From a virus (lineage: Duplodnaviria > Caudoviricetes): a stretch of DNA of 64,000 nt. A model generated the notes under the pieces. That model had not been told where the DNA came from, did not search any database, and saw only the letters and a list, made by a program, of their open reading frames with translations. The stretch spans positions 661-64,660 of IMG/VR virus record IMGVR_UViG_3300024916_000029; one strand, 5' to 3'. Shown piece after piece: positions 17,657 through 26,237 of the stretch. Made by a program: the position numbers and the translations under genes. Each line of letters begins with the position of its first letter. Positions within the stretch are counted from its first letter, which is position 1.

Positions 17657-18079
17657 ATGCGCGCCGCCATGACGCAAGGCGAGCGCGAAATCGCCGATCA
17701 AATCCTGAACCTTCTTTCCGGTCTCGCGCCCGATGACGCCAAGCGTGTCTTGGCGCACGTCCAGGGAGAACTCGGCGATCACGACGATGGAGACACGTAC
17801 TACAGCCGCGGCATCGCTGGCCCGCTGGGCAAGCTGACCCAGGAAGTGAAATCGCGCATCGATGAGCACACGCACTCGCTGTTCATCCAGCAGTGCGCCA
17901 TGCGTGGCACTGACGTGAGCCACGAGGTACGCAACTGCGTTTACGCCCTCGTTCACGGCAAGAGCTACGACCAGATGGTGATGGAAAAGGTGAACCATGA
18001 CGCGAAGCGTACCGAAGCCTTGGTGAAGCTCATAGGGCCGATTTGTGCCACCGAATACGGAGGTGCAACCCGTGGCTGA
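17657..18079 (+). CDS. Hypothetical regulator in the cII position
   Basis: RBS AAGGAG; follows cro; RHH-like C-terminal half. Confidence 0.7.
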   Translation: MRAAMTQGEREIADQILNLLSGLAPDDAKRVLAHVQGELGDHDDGDTYYSRGIAGPLGKLTQEVKSRIDEHTHSLFIQQCAMRGTDVSHEVRNCVYALVHGKSYDQMVMEKVNHDAKRTEALVKLIGPICATEYGGATRG

Positions 18080-18248
18080 CGCGATCCGCTCCCTAACCCC
18101 TGAAGTGCTGCGCGCCAAAGCCCGCGAGGCGGCAGAGCAGGGCATCCCACTGGCCGAGGCCAACCACCACGAGCCCGGCACCGCGCTGTGGCTCCAGTTC
18201 AACTCGGCCTACCTGCAGGCGGCCAACACCGCTTGCGAGGTAGCCTGA
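18072..18248 (+). CDS. Small hypothetical protein
   Basis: GTG start after GGAGG. Confidence 0.65.
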   Translation: MADAIRSLTPEVLRAKAREAAEQGIPLAEANHHEPGTALWLQFNSAYLQAANTACEVA

Positions 18249-18607
18249 TGACGTCGCCTGTCCCATTCATCACCCGCACCCGCATGGCGCGCAAGCTGGG
18301 CCAGGAGGCCGCTGCGCGCGCGGAGGACCGGGCCAACGCGGCAGAGCCCAGCTTTTCCGACCGCGCGCTGGAGCATATCCGTCAGACCATGGCAGCAGCG
18401 GTGCCTGATGCCCGCCTGCGCGGAGAGGACATCGTGAATGCCGCCAAGGTGGCCGGCATCCGGCCGCCGGACGACCGAGCTTTCGGAGCGGTGTTCAGTA
18501 AGGCCATCCGCCTGGGCTACATCGATCCCGTTGGCTTCGCGCCCCGGGTGAAGGGGCACGGGACGGCTGGTGGGCGCGTGTATGCGCCGGGGGCGGCGTT
18601 CGCATGA
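18248..18607 (+). CDS. Hypothetical protein
   Basis: PPDDRAFGAVFSKAIRLGYI motif; coupled start and stop. Confidence 0.75.
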   Translation: MTSPVPFITRTRMARKLGQEAAARAEDRANAAEPSFSDRALEHIRQTMAAAVPDARLRGEDIVNAAKVAGIRPPDDRAFGAVFSKAIRLGYIDPVGFAPRVKGHGTAGGRVYAPGAAFA

Positions 18608-19563
18608 CGCAACAACTCCCGGCGCCCCTGACGCCGCGCGACTGCGACCTCACCGACTTCCAGTACATGGAGCTGGACGTGCGGCGCCTGCGCGACTCGA
18701 AATTCGCATCGACGCCCAACGGCGACGCATTCCGCGCCGGGCTCATGCTGTGGTGTGCAGCGTGGCACCAGATTCCCGCCGCATCCTTGCCTGATGACGA
18801 TGTGGAGCTGGCCAACCTGGCCGGTTACGGCCGCATGCCAATTTCCGTGAAGGAATGGAAGAAGGTGCGTGCCGAGGCGCTCTACGGGTTCGTGAAGTGC
18901 TCCGATGGCCGCCTGTACCACCCCGTCATTGCCGAGAAGGCCGTGGCCGCGTTCGCATCCAAGAACAAGTACGCCTACGACAAGTATTGCGACCGCCTGC
19001 GGAAAGAGAACGCGAAGCGCACGAAAGAGGGCAAGCCCGCGTTTGGAATTCCTTCGCAGGAGCTGTGGAATTCCGGCGCCTACCCCCACGGAATTCCCCC
19101 GGAAGACGGGCGAATTCCGCCGGAAAACGCTCAAGCATCCAACGGAAAAGCGCCGGAAAACGCTCTTAGAGGGAACAGAACAGAACAGAACGGAGATGGA
19201 ACAGAACCTTATTCCGTTACTGACGTAACGGGCGGCGTTGCCGCCAAGTCGGCCGCCGAGCTGACGAAGGACGAACTCTGGAAGGCCGGGAAGTCGCTGC
19301 TCAGCCAGGCCGGACTGCCAGCCGCGCAATGCGGTTCGTTCGTCGGGCGGCTCGTGAAGGACTTTGGCGACCAGATCGTGGTCGAGGCCGTGCGGGCCGC
19401 CGTGGTGACCCGCCCGGCCGACCCCGTGGAATACCTCAAGGCCACCTGCATGCGCGCCGCCGGCCAGCGCGCCGCCCCCAACCGGCAGGAAGCGCTGGAG
19501 CAGCGCAATCGCAACGTGGCCAGCACCTGGGCCGCAGAAGGAGCCCCCCATGCAGCCGTCTGA
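18604..19563 (+). CDS. DUF1376-family replication initiator (O-like)
   Basis: DLTDFQYMELDVRRLRDS...LWCAAWHQIPAASLPDDD...DGRLYHPVIAE; GGAATTCC/GAATTCC repeats at 19044-19098 may be origin iterons. Confidence 0.85.
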   Translation: MTQQLPAPLTPRDCDLTDFQYMELDVRRLRDSKFASTPNGDAFRAGLMLWCAAWHQIPAASLPDDDVELANLAGYGRMPISVKEWKKVRAEALYGFVKCSDGRLYHPVIAEKAVAAFASKNKYAYDKYCDRLRKENAKRTKEGKPAFGIPSQELWNSGAYPHGIPPEDGRIPPENAQASNGKAPENALRGNRTEQNGDGTEPYSVTDVTGGVAAKSAAELTKDELWKAGKSLLSQAGLPAAQCGSFVGRLVKDFGDQIVVEAVRAAVVTRPADPVEYLKATCMRAAGQRAAPNRQEALEQRNRNVASTWAAEGAPHAAV

Positions 19564-20218
19564 CCGCGCGCCGTTCGCGCAGCTCATCACCGACGTGCTG
19601 GCGTACTACCGCCAGGACGCCAGCCGTTTTGTGCTCGACCTGTGGTGGAACGCCTGCCAGGGCTTCGACCTGGAGCAGATTCGCGCCGCGATCCAGCGCC
19701 ACTGCACGGACCCGGAGCGCGGGCAGTTCGCGCCGAAGGTGGCGGACCTGGCCCGCATCCTGCAGGGCACGACGACCGACCGCGCGGCGCTGGCATGGGG
19801 CAAGGTGCACGAGGCCATGGGCAGCGTGGGGGCCTACACCGACGTGGTTTTCGATGACCCGGCCATCCATGCCGTGGTCGAAGACCTGGGCGGCTGGCCG
19901 AAGGTGTGTCGCACGGCGCTGGACGAGCTGGGCTACCTGCAGCACCGCTTCTGCGAGGCCCACCGTGCCTACACCGGCCGTGGTCAGTTCGACTACCCCC
20001 GCCGCCTGATGGGCGACCGCAGCCCGGACAGCGAGTACAAGAAATCCGGCCTGCCGCTGCCCAAGCCGGCGCTGGTGGGCGACGCGGAGCGCGCCTATCA
20101 GGTGTTCCAGCAGGGCAATGCCGCCGGGAAGACGGCGATCAGCTACCAGGCGCTGCAGGCCATTGAGGCCGCGCCAGCCGGGCTTCTGCCTGCGAACTCC
20201 GAGGGGAAAGCGGCATGA
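19550..20218 (+). CDS. Replication accessory protein (P-like; DUF6475-type C-terminus)
   Basis: FAPKVADL...AWGKV...VGAY..VVFDDPAIHAVVEDLGGW. Confidence 0.8.
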   Translation: MQPSDRAPFAQLITDVLAYYRQDASRFVLDLWWNACQGFDLEQIRAAIQRHCTDPERGQFAPKVADLARILQGTTTDRAALAWGKVHEAMGSVGAYTDVVFDDPAIHAVVEDLGGWPKVCRTALDELGYLQHRFCEAHRAYTGRGQFDYPRRLMGDRSPDSEYKKSGLPLPKPALVGDAERAYQVFQQGNAAGKTAISYQALQAIEAAPAGLLPANSEGKAA

Positions 20219-20760
20219 AAAACCTCGAAGACATCCGCCAGCGCTGCGTCATCACCGAAGACGGCCACTGGCTGTGGCGCGGCGCTTTGACAGCAGAAGG
20301 CCGCCCGCGCATCCACGCCCCGGACTACACCAACGGCGGCGTGATGAAGCCTCAGTGCGGCACGCGTGCGGTGTGGCACTGCTCGACCGGCAAGGCGATC
20401 CCGAAAGGGTGGCGCGCCTACGGAACCTGCGACGAGAAGGCTTGCTGCAATCCCGCGCACGTCAAGTGCACGAGCGAAGCCGACTTCGGCGCCTGGCTGC
20501 GCCGCACAGGGAAGTACAAGGGCGACGTGCGCCGCATTCTGGCCAACCGTGCCACGGCGCGAAGCCGATCGGTTTTGTCGCCCGAGCGCATCGCGTACAT
20601 CCTGGTCAGCCCGAAGACGGGAGCAGAGCTGGCGGTTGAGCTTGGGATCAGCGAGCAGACCGTCAGCAAGGCGCGCCGGGGTGACGTTGTTGTTTTCCAG
20701 GGCGCAGGCCTGTTCTCTGGGCTCATGGCCGCGAACCAGGCGGGGAGGGCGCGCGCATGA
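20215..20760 (+). CDS. HNH-like Zn-loop protein with C-terminal HTH
   Basis: HWLWRGA...TCDEKACCNPAH; AELAVELGISEQTVSKAR. Confidence 0.72.
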   Translation: MKNLEDIRQRCVITEDGHWLWRGALTAEGRPRIHAPDYTNGGVMKPQCGTRAVWHCSTGKAIPKGWRAYGTCDEKACCNPAHVKCTSEADFGAWLRRTGKYKGDVRRILANRATARSRSVLSPERIAYILVSPKTGAELAVELGISEQTVSKARRGDVVVFQGAGLFSGLMAANQAGRARA

Positions 20761-20960
20761 CCGCTGATCTCGACCTGCAGCGCCACCAGTGCGAGGTGCG
20801 CACGCTCATTCGCGCCAGGGCAGAGCCCGGCCGTGGCCAGGAGTGGGTGCGCGAGTACCTGCGCTCCCCGAAGGTCGCTGGCCGGCGCGCCGCGCTGGTC
20901 CGCGACATCAAGGATCAGCTCGACAAGGGCAGTGACGGCAGGGAGGGCGTATGGCTCTGA
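20757..20960 (+). CDS. Hypothetical protein
   Basis: RHQCEVR motif; coupled ORF. Confidence 0.7.
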   Translation: MTADLDLQRHQCEVRTLIRARAEPGRGQEWVREYLRSPKVAGRRAALVRDIKDQLDKGSDGREGVWL

Positions 20961-21103
20961 CCTTTGGCACCGCAGGCATGCGGCTGTGCCCCGTCTGCAG
21001 GCTTCGATTCGTCCCGCGCACGGCCCATCAGACGGCGTGCACGGCGCGCTGCTGGATAGCCGCGTGGTCCAAGCGCGTGAAGGGAGGCAAGGCATGCGCA
21101 TAA
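20951..21103 (+). CDS. 50-aa Zn-finger protein resembling the NinG N-terminus
   Basis: Manual translation MALTFGTAGMRLCPVCRLRFVPRTAHQTACTARCW...; RBS GGGAGG. Confidence 0.6.
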   Translation: MALTFGTAGMRLCPVCRLRFVPRTAHQTACTARCWIAAWSKRVKGGKACA

Positions 21104-21435
21104 CGCTCCCATGGCCCCCGAAAGAGCTGAGCCCCAACGCGCGGCAGCACTGGTCGAAGCTGGCCAGGGCCAAGAAGGCGTACCGGGCAGCCTGCGCCTG
21201 GACGGCAAAGGAGCAGGGCGCCAAGCCCATCACGGCCGAGCGCCTGCATGTGTCCCTGGTGTTCTACCCGCCGCACCGCCGAGCCTTCGACCTGGACAAC
21301 ATGCTTGCGCGCATGAAAAGTGGCCTGGATGGTTTGGCCGATGTGCTGGGGGTGGATGACAAGCACTGGACCCTGACGATCACCAAGGCTGACGAGGTGG
21401 GCGGCATGGTCCGGGTGGAGGTGTGCCATGACTGA
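21094..21435 (+). CDS. rusA: RusA-like Holliday junction resolvase
   Basis: ITLPWPP..LSPN...FYPP.RRAFDLDNML..MKSGLDGLAD.LGVDD. Confidence 0.88.
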   Translation: MRITLPWPPKELSPNARQHWSKLARAKKAYRAACAWTAKEQGAKPITAERLHVSLVFYPPHRRAFDLDNMLARMKSGLDGLADVLGVDDKHWTLTITKADEVGGMVRVEVCHD

Positions 21436-21928
21436 ACTCGCGCTGCGCGCAGCCTGGAACGAGCCGGTGCAGGCACGACAGCACTTCCAGACCGTGCTCG
21501 CCCCCTGGTGCAAGTCCATGTGGGCGGCCGGCCACCGGCTCCACGTCGAGGTGCGATTGCACGAGGACGCGAAGACCGACCGCCAACGCCGCTACTACCA
21601 CGGCGTGGTGCTCAAGACCATCGCCCAGCAGGCCCGGCCGCACGGCCAGCAGTTCCCGCTGGCGGTGTGGAAGGAGCACTTCCGCGCCGAGTACCTGGGC
21701 CACAAGACCGTGACCACCAAGAACCCGCTGACGGGCAAGAAGGTGCGCCGCCGCCAGCGCGTGAGCACGGAAGACCTGGGCGTGAAGGGCTACAGCCAGC
21801 TCATCGACCGCGTGAGCGCCTTCGCGGCGACCGAACTTGGCGTGAGCTTCCCGGCCAGCTTCGACCAGTGGGAGCGCATGGAGGTAGACCCGGACACGGG
21901 GGAAATCATCGGGGGGCTGCAGGGATGA
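21428..21928 (+). CDS. NinB-like recombination protein
   Basis: KTDRQRRYYHG.VL..IA...WKEHF...STEDLGVKGYSQLIDRV.AFA. Confidence 0.75.
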   Translation: MTELALRAAWNEPVQARQHFQTVLAPWCKSMWAAGHRLHVEVRLHEDAKTDRQRRYYHGVVLKTIAQQARPHGQQFPLAVWKEHFRAEYLGHKTVTTKNPLTGKKVRRRQRVSTEDLGVKGYSQLIDRVSAFAATELGVSFPASFDQWERMEVDPDTGEIIGGLQG

Positions 21929-22338
21929 CGGCCCGCAAGTGCATCTTCTGCGGCGGCAAGGCTGAACTGCTGTGCGACTCCTGGATAGGCTGGGAGCGCA
22001 AGCGCGGCCAACTGGCCACAGAGGCGCCAAACCTGCTCACCAGTCCGGCCTGGGGTGTCCCGATGCGCTACCGGCTGGTTCACACCTGTGATGCGCCGCT
22101 CTGCCAGGCGTGCGCAACCCCAGCCGGCACATTCCATGTCCGATTGCGCAACCAGGGCAGCTTTCACGAGAGCATCGACTACTGCCCTGGGCATGGTCGA
22201 GGCGACAGCCGCGCGGAGATTTCAGGGCTGCAGGCCGAGGCGTTCCGCGCACGGTGGCGCAGGCAGGCCCAGCAGAGCCGAGAGCGCGCGGCGCCTGCAT
22301 CGGCTCAGTACGGGCTGTTCACTGGGCTGCTCACATGA
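21925..22338 (+). CDS. Cys-rich hypothetical protein
   Basis: CIFC..LLCD..TCDAPLCQAC..DYCPGH. Confidence 0.75.
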   Translation: MTARKCIFCGGKAELLCDSWIGWERKRGQLATEAPNLLTSPAWGVPMRYRLVHTCDAPLCQACATPAGTFHVRLRNQGSFHESIDYCPGHGRGDSRAEISGLQAEAFRARWRRQAQQSRERAAPASAQYGLFTGLLT

Positions 22339-22844
22339 TGCGCCGCACCCCCATGAAGCGCACGCAGTTCAAGCGCGCCGCACCCTCCGCAAAATCGCAG
22401 TCAAACCAAGCCAAAGCGCTTGCCAGTAAAGCGCTGATAGCTATAAAAGCAATAGCGCCATTGCGCGCCGGAACCTACGCCGCGCCCACCGCGCTGGCCG
22501 CCGCCATCCCCAAGGCCGCCCCGGTGCGCAGCGAGAAGTACCGCCGCGCCGTGGCCAGCCTGCCGTGCGTGATCTGCGGTGTGCCCGGGTATTCCCAGGC
22601 CGCGCATGGTTCGGAGGGGAAAGGCATGGCCTTGAAGGCCTGCGACCTCACGCTGTTCCCGGCCTGCTGCGACCGACCGGGCGTGCAGGGCTGCCACTCC
22701 AAGCTGGACCAGGGCGCGCTGTTCACCAAGGCCGCGCGCCGCGAGCTGGAGCCCGCCTGGGCAGCCGACACCCAGCGCCGTATCCAGGCCCTGGGACTGT
22801 GGCCGAAAAACATGCAAAAACCTGCTCAGGCGCTTTGCCAATAA
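22335..22844 (+). CDS. DUF968-like / HNH-type Zn nuclease
   Basis: RSEKYRRAVASLPCVICG...QAAH...KGMALKACD..FPAC....CH...D. Confidence 0.78.
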   Translation: MMRRTPMKRTQFKRAAPSAKSQSNQAKALASKALIAIKAIAPLRAGTYAAPTALAAAIPKAAPVRSEKYRRAVASLPCVICGVPGYSQAAHGSEGKGMALKACDLTLFPACCDRPGVQGCHSKLDQGALFTKAARRELEPAWAADTQRRIQALGLWPKNMQKPAQALCQ

Positions 22845-22914
22845 GCGCTGTCAGCTATCAATTTGATAACAAGAGCCGCCACCGATGACCCTTCCACCCA
22901 CCACGGAGCCCACC

Positions 22915-23487
22915 ATGACCGCAGAAGTCAGCACTGCGCCGCCCAAGGCCATCCCCAGCACGGAGCGGGTGCTCGACGCCGTGCGCGATCTGCGCGCCAT
23001 GGGTCAGATCGCCACGCGCGACACGGTGGCGGAACTCACGGGGCTCAAGCTGTCCATCGTGGATGACCGCCTGCGCGCCCTGGTTGATGACGGGCTGCTC
23101 AAGCGCCTGCTGCGCGGCATCTATGAGCTGGTGGAAACCTACGCGCCGCCGCGCAACATCAGCAAGACCATTCTGGACAGCGGGCATGTCTTGATTGAAA
23201 TCACCGGCCGCCCCGGCATCGAGGACGTGATCTTGCACTTGACGCCGTGCGAGGACCGCGCGCTGGCCCAACTCAGCGTTGGTGCAGCCGGCCAGGCCAT
23301 CCTCATCAACAGCACGAACCAGCACCTGTTCCTGGCCACTGAGCTGGCCGCGAAGGTGGAACGCCAGGAGCGCGAGCTGAAGTCCATGCGTGAGCTGCTG
23401 CGCGAGAAGCTGGACGCGCGCCAGCTGAACCTGCTGGGCGCGAACGGGCTGGAGGACGCTGAAATTCGTGAAGGGAGCAAGCCATGA
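22915..23487 (+). CDS. Winged-HTH protein, candidate late-gene regulator
   Basis: VLDAVRDL...ATRDTVAELTGLKLSIVDDRLRALVDDGLLKRLLRGIY; RBS GGAG before ATG 22915; lies at the end of the nin region. Confidence 0.75.
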   Translation: MTAEVSTAPPKAIPSTERVLDAVRDLRAMGQIATRDTVAELTGLKLSIVDDRLRALVDDGLLKRLLRGIYELVETYAPPRNISKTILDSGHVLIEITGRPGIEDVILHLTPCEDRALAQLSVGAAGQAILINSTNQHLFLATELAAKVERQERELKSMRELLREKLDARQLNLLGANGLEDAEIREGSKP

Positions 23488-24227
23488 ATGCACTGATGAC
23501 CCTGGCGGCCCAGCCGCTGACCATGAGCACGCGCGAGATTGCCGCGCTGACGGGCAAGGAGCATCGCAACGTGTTGCGCGATGCGCGCGTCATGCTCGCG
23601 GAATTGCACGGCGCAGCGGGGGTGCTCAGTTTTGAGCAGACCTACCGTGACCCGCAGAACGGGCAGCAATACCCCATCATGGCGCTGCCCAAGCGGGAAA
23701 CCCTGATCCTGGTGTCTGGCTACAACCTCGCCATGCGCGCCCGAATCATCGACCGCTGGCAGGAGCTGGAGGACGGGAAGCGCCCCGACATGGAGAGCGA
23801 GGAAGGAAAGTTGCTGCTGATCCAGGAAATGTGCATGCAGCAGCTCGTGCTGGTGCGCGAGAACAAGCGCCAGCAGGCCGCGCTGGAGGCCGCCCGCCCC
23901 AAAGTGGTCTACGCCGATGCGATGCTGAACGCCGATGGCACGGTCCTGGTGCGCGACGCGGCAAAGACCCTGGGCGTACCGGTGCGCAAGCTGGAGAAGG
24001 CCCTGCGCGAGAAGGGAGTGATCCTGCCCGACAACGCCCCGGCCGCGCGCTACGTGGCCCAGGGCTATTTCAAGGAAGCCGTGCACAGCTTCGACACGAA
24101 CACGCGCGGGCGCCAGATGAGCCGCGTTGCCCGGGTGACGGGGCGCGGCCTGGAGTTCCTGCGCCGTTTCGTTGAGCGCCACGCGGAGCTGTTCATGCCC
24201 ACGCCGCGCGCACGGGCGGCAGGCTAG
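23484..24227 (+). CDS. Rha-family / KilA-C (ANT) antirepressor
   Basis: TMSTREIAALTGKEHRNVLRD...LVSGY...RARIIDRWQELE; PKV.YAD...VRDAAK.L...RVTGRG. Confidence 0.9.
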   Translation: MNALMTLAAQPLTMSTREIAALTGKEHRNVLRDARVMLAELHGAAGVLSFEQTYRDPQNGQQYPIMALPKRETLILVSGYNLAMRARIIDRWQELEDGKRPDMESEEGKLLLIQEMCMQQLVLVRENKRQQAALEAARPKVVYADAMLNADGTVLVRDAAKTLGVPVRKLEKALREKGVILPDNAPAARYVAQGYFKEAVHSFDTNTRGRQMSRVARVTGRGLEFLRRFVERHAELFMPTPRARAAG

Positions 24228-24400
24228 GACTCTGTGGGCGGTGGCTTGGCGCGGTCCACGAGCTTGCGCAGCCACCCGATGCCGTAGTCATCAATCTTCT
24301 TCCATTGCGCTGGTGTCAGCCGGATGGAGCGCTGTTCCAGGCGCTCATCCTCTGGCACGGGAGGGCGGCCGCGCGGCCGCTTCGGTTGTGGTGTTTCCAT
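24224..24400 (-). CDS. Small AT-hook/RHH-like DNA-binding protein
   Basis: KRPRGRPP...QRSIRLTPAQWKKI..YGIGWLRKLVD. Confidence 0.78.
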   Translation of the reverse strand: METPQPKRPRGRPPVPEDERLEQRSIRLTPAQWKKIDDYGIGWLRKLVDRAKPPPTES

Positions 24401-24420
24401 GGCGAACATTCTAGCCGTTT

Positions 24421-24490
24421 TGTGTGATTCAACAAACACAATAAAAGAATCACAAAAATGCTTGCGTCAGCGGATTAAATGAATCACAAT
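24421..24490. promoter_or_regulatory. Divergent promoter with three GAATCACA boxes
   Basis: TGTGATTC 24423-24430, GAATCACA 24447-24454 and 24481-24488; TTGCGT-17-CACAAT on the plus strand. Confidence 0.7.
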
Positions 24491-24519
24491 AAATCATCCA
24501 AACACGAAGGAGCCCCGAA

Positions 24520-25011
24520 ATGTCCGAAGTCGCAACCCCCCGCCTCACCGCCCAGCAGCTGCTGGCCAGCATCAAGAACCAGGCCCGCCGCGCCGTGTAC
24601 GACGAGCGCGACGACAGCGTGCACTTCGAGCAGCACCACTACGTGAAGGACGAGGCCATCCGCCAGCGCATCCTGATCGAGCGCGCCATCATCCGCCGCG
24701 CCGTGCGGGACATCCTGGCAGCGCACGATGGCGCCTACTGCATCAGCGTGTACGACGGCGAGGAATACCCCGTGAAGCGCTCGCGCGACCTCGACAAGAT
24801 CATGGCCGAGGTAGGCCAGTGTGACGAGGAAATGTTGTACGTGCGCCATGTGGAAAAGGAAGGCGTGACCGGCGCCCGGGTTGGCGGCATCTATCTGGTC
24901 TACGGCAATGACGGCTGGGACGTGATCGCCGACCACACCGACAGCCCCCTCATGCACGAGCTGCTGACCGATGCCAACAATCTGGCCGATGTGCTGGGCA
25001 ACCTGCTGTAA
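24520..25011 (+). CDS. Acidic hypothetical protein
   Basis: RBS AAGGAG; ISVYDGEE...IYLVYGNDGWDVIADHT. Confidence 0.85.
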   Translation: MSEVATPRLTAQQLLASIKNQARRAVYDERDDSVHFEQHHYVKDEAIRQRILIERAIIRRAVRDILAAHDGAYCISVYDGEEYPVKRSRDLDKIMAEVGQCDEEMLYVRHVEKEGVTGARVGGIYLVYGNDGWDVIADHTDSPLMHELLTDANNLADVLGNLL

Positions 25012-25022
25012 GGAGCGCCGCC

Positions 25023-25247
25023 ATGAACCAAACCAAGATTCTCACCAAGGCCCAGGCCGAGGCCGTCTATAGCGCCATGTGCGCGCTGAACAATGTGAGC
25101 TTTCGGGCCTGCGACCTGAGTTTCGATAAAGCCATCGTCAAGCAGGCATTCAACGGGGCGATCAGTGTGATCGGAGTCATCGGTGACGATGAGCACTACG
25201 ACAGCCAAGTCGCCTTCGCCACCGCCTACGGCCTGCAGCAAGGGTGA
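25023..25247 (+). CDS. Small hypothetical protein
   Basis: RBS TAAGGAG; ILTKAQAEAVYSAMCALNNV. Confidence 0.8.
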   Translation: MNQTKILTKAQAEAVYSAMCALNNVSFRACDLSFDKAIVKQAFNGAISVIGVIGDDEHYDSQVAFATAYGLQQG

Positions 25248-25252
25248 TCGCC

Positions 25253-25468
25253 ATGAACCGCACCCAATACCGCACAGCCCGCCGCATGCTCCGCGAGAAC
25301 GGCCGCTACGCCTTGCGTTGGCTGGACGCCAAGGCCCGCCCCGTCATGGAGCACCTGCTGTTCAACGTGCAGGACGCCCAGGACTGGCTGGCCGAGCGTG
25401 CCGACATCGTGGGCTATTGCCGCCGCGAGGGCCTGAACTGCAATCCACGCCTGACCGGGCGCCTGTAA
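25253..25468 (+). CDS. Small hypothetical protein
   Basis: MNRTQYRTARRMLRENGRYALRWL; in operon. Confidence 0.75.
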   Translation: MNRTQYRTARRMLRENGRYALRWLDAKARPVMEHLLFNVQDAQDWLAERADIVGYCRREGLNCNPRLTGRL

Positions 25469-25477
25469 GGAGACACG

Positions 25478-25972
25478 ATGAACGCCGCCCACAGCATCGA
25501 CGCCCCCGTGTACCTGGTGGCCCCTGCCCAGCAGGACGACGACAGCATCATCGCCCGCGCCCTGGCCATCCTGGCAGCGCGCATCAAGGGCGGCCCCCTG
25601 ATGGGCAGCCCCCGCGAGGTGCGGGAGTATCTGACCGTGCAGGCCGCAAAGCACGACGGCCGCGAGGTGTTCAGCGTGCTGTTCCTCGATGCGCAGAACC
25701 GGGCCATCGAGTTCCGCGAGTTGTTCTACGGCACCCTGACGCAGACCAGCGTGTACCCGCGTGAAGTGGTGCGCGCTGCCCTGGACCTCAAGGCAGCAGC
25801 AATCATCCTCACCCACAACCACCCGAGCGGGAGCACCCAGCCCAGCCGGGCCGACGAGCAACTGACAAGCACCCTCAAGTCTGCGCTGGCCCTGGTGGAC
25901 GTGCGCGTGCTGGACCACATCATCACCGCAGGCGGAGAGAGCCTGAGAATGGCCGAGAAGGGCCTGATCTAA
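25478..25972 (+). CDS. radC: RadC-like JAB/MPN domain protein
   Basis: REVFSVLFLDAQNR...VYPREVV...HNHPSG..PSRAD...VRVLDHII. Confidence 0.93.
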   Translation: MNAAHSIDAPVYLVAPAQQDDDSIIARALAILAARIKGGPLMGSPREVREYLTVQAAKHDGREVFSVLFLDAQNRAIEFRELFYGTLTQTSVYPREVVRAALDLKAAAIILTHNHPSGSTQPSRADEQLTSTLKSALALVDVRVLDHIITAGGESLRMAEKGLI

Positions 25973-25982
25973 GGAGCACACC

Positions 25983-26198
25983 ATGAACACGACCCCATTC
26001 CCCAACCTGTTCAACGCTGCCCGCGAGATGATTGCGGAGCGCCTGGAGATAATCCGCAACGACAAGCACGGGTTCTACACCCAGGAAGACCTGGAATCTG
26101 CCGAGCGCGAGCAGGCGCTGATTGAGCAGGAGATCGCGGCCGTGCTGGAACTGCAGGCCATAGCCGCCACAGACACCACAGTGAAGCGCCCAGCATAG
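25983..26198 (+). CDS. Small acidic helical protein
   Basis: RBS TAAGGAG; 71 aa. Confidence 0.75.
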   Translation: MNTTPFPNLFNAAREMIAERLEIIRNDKHGFYTQEDLESAEREQALIEQEIAAVLELQAIAATDTTVKRPA

Positions 26199-26230
26199 GG
26201 TTAGGCCATTCCCCCATGCCCCGGAACACT
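26194..26230 (+). promoter_or_regulatory. Late promoter motif copy 1 (terS, leaderless)
   Basis: CATAGGG-N24-AACACT, then 7 nt to ATG 26238. Confidence 0.75.
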
Positions 26231-26237
26231 CCCGGGC

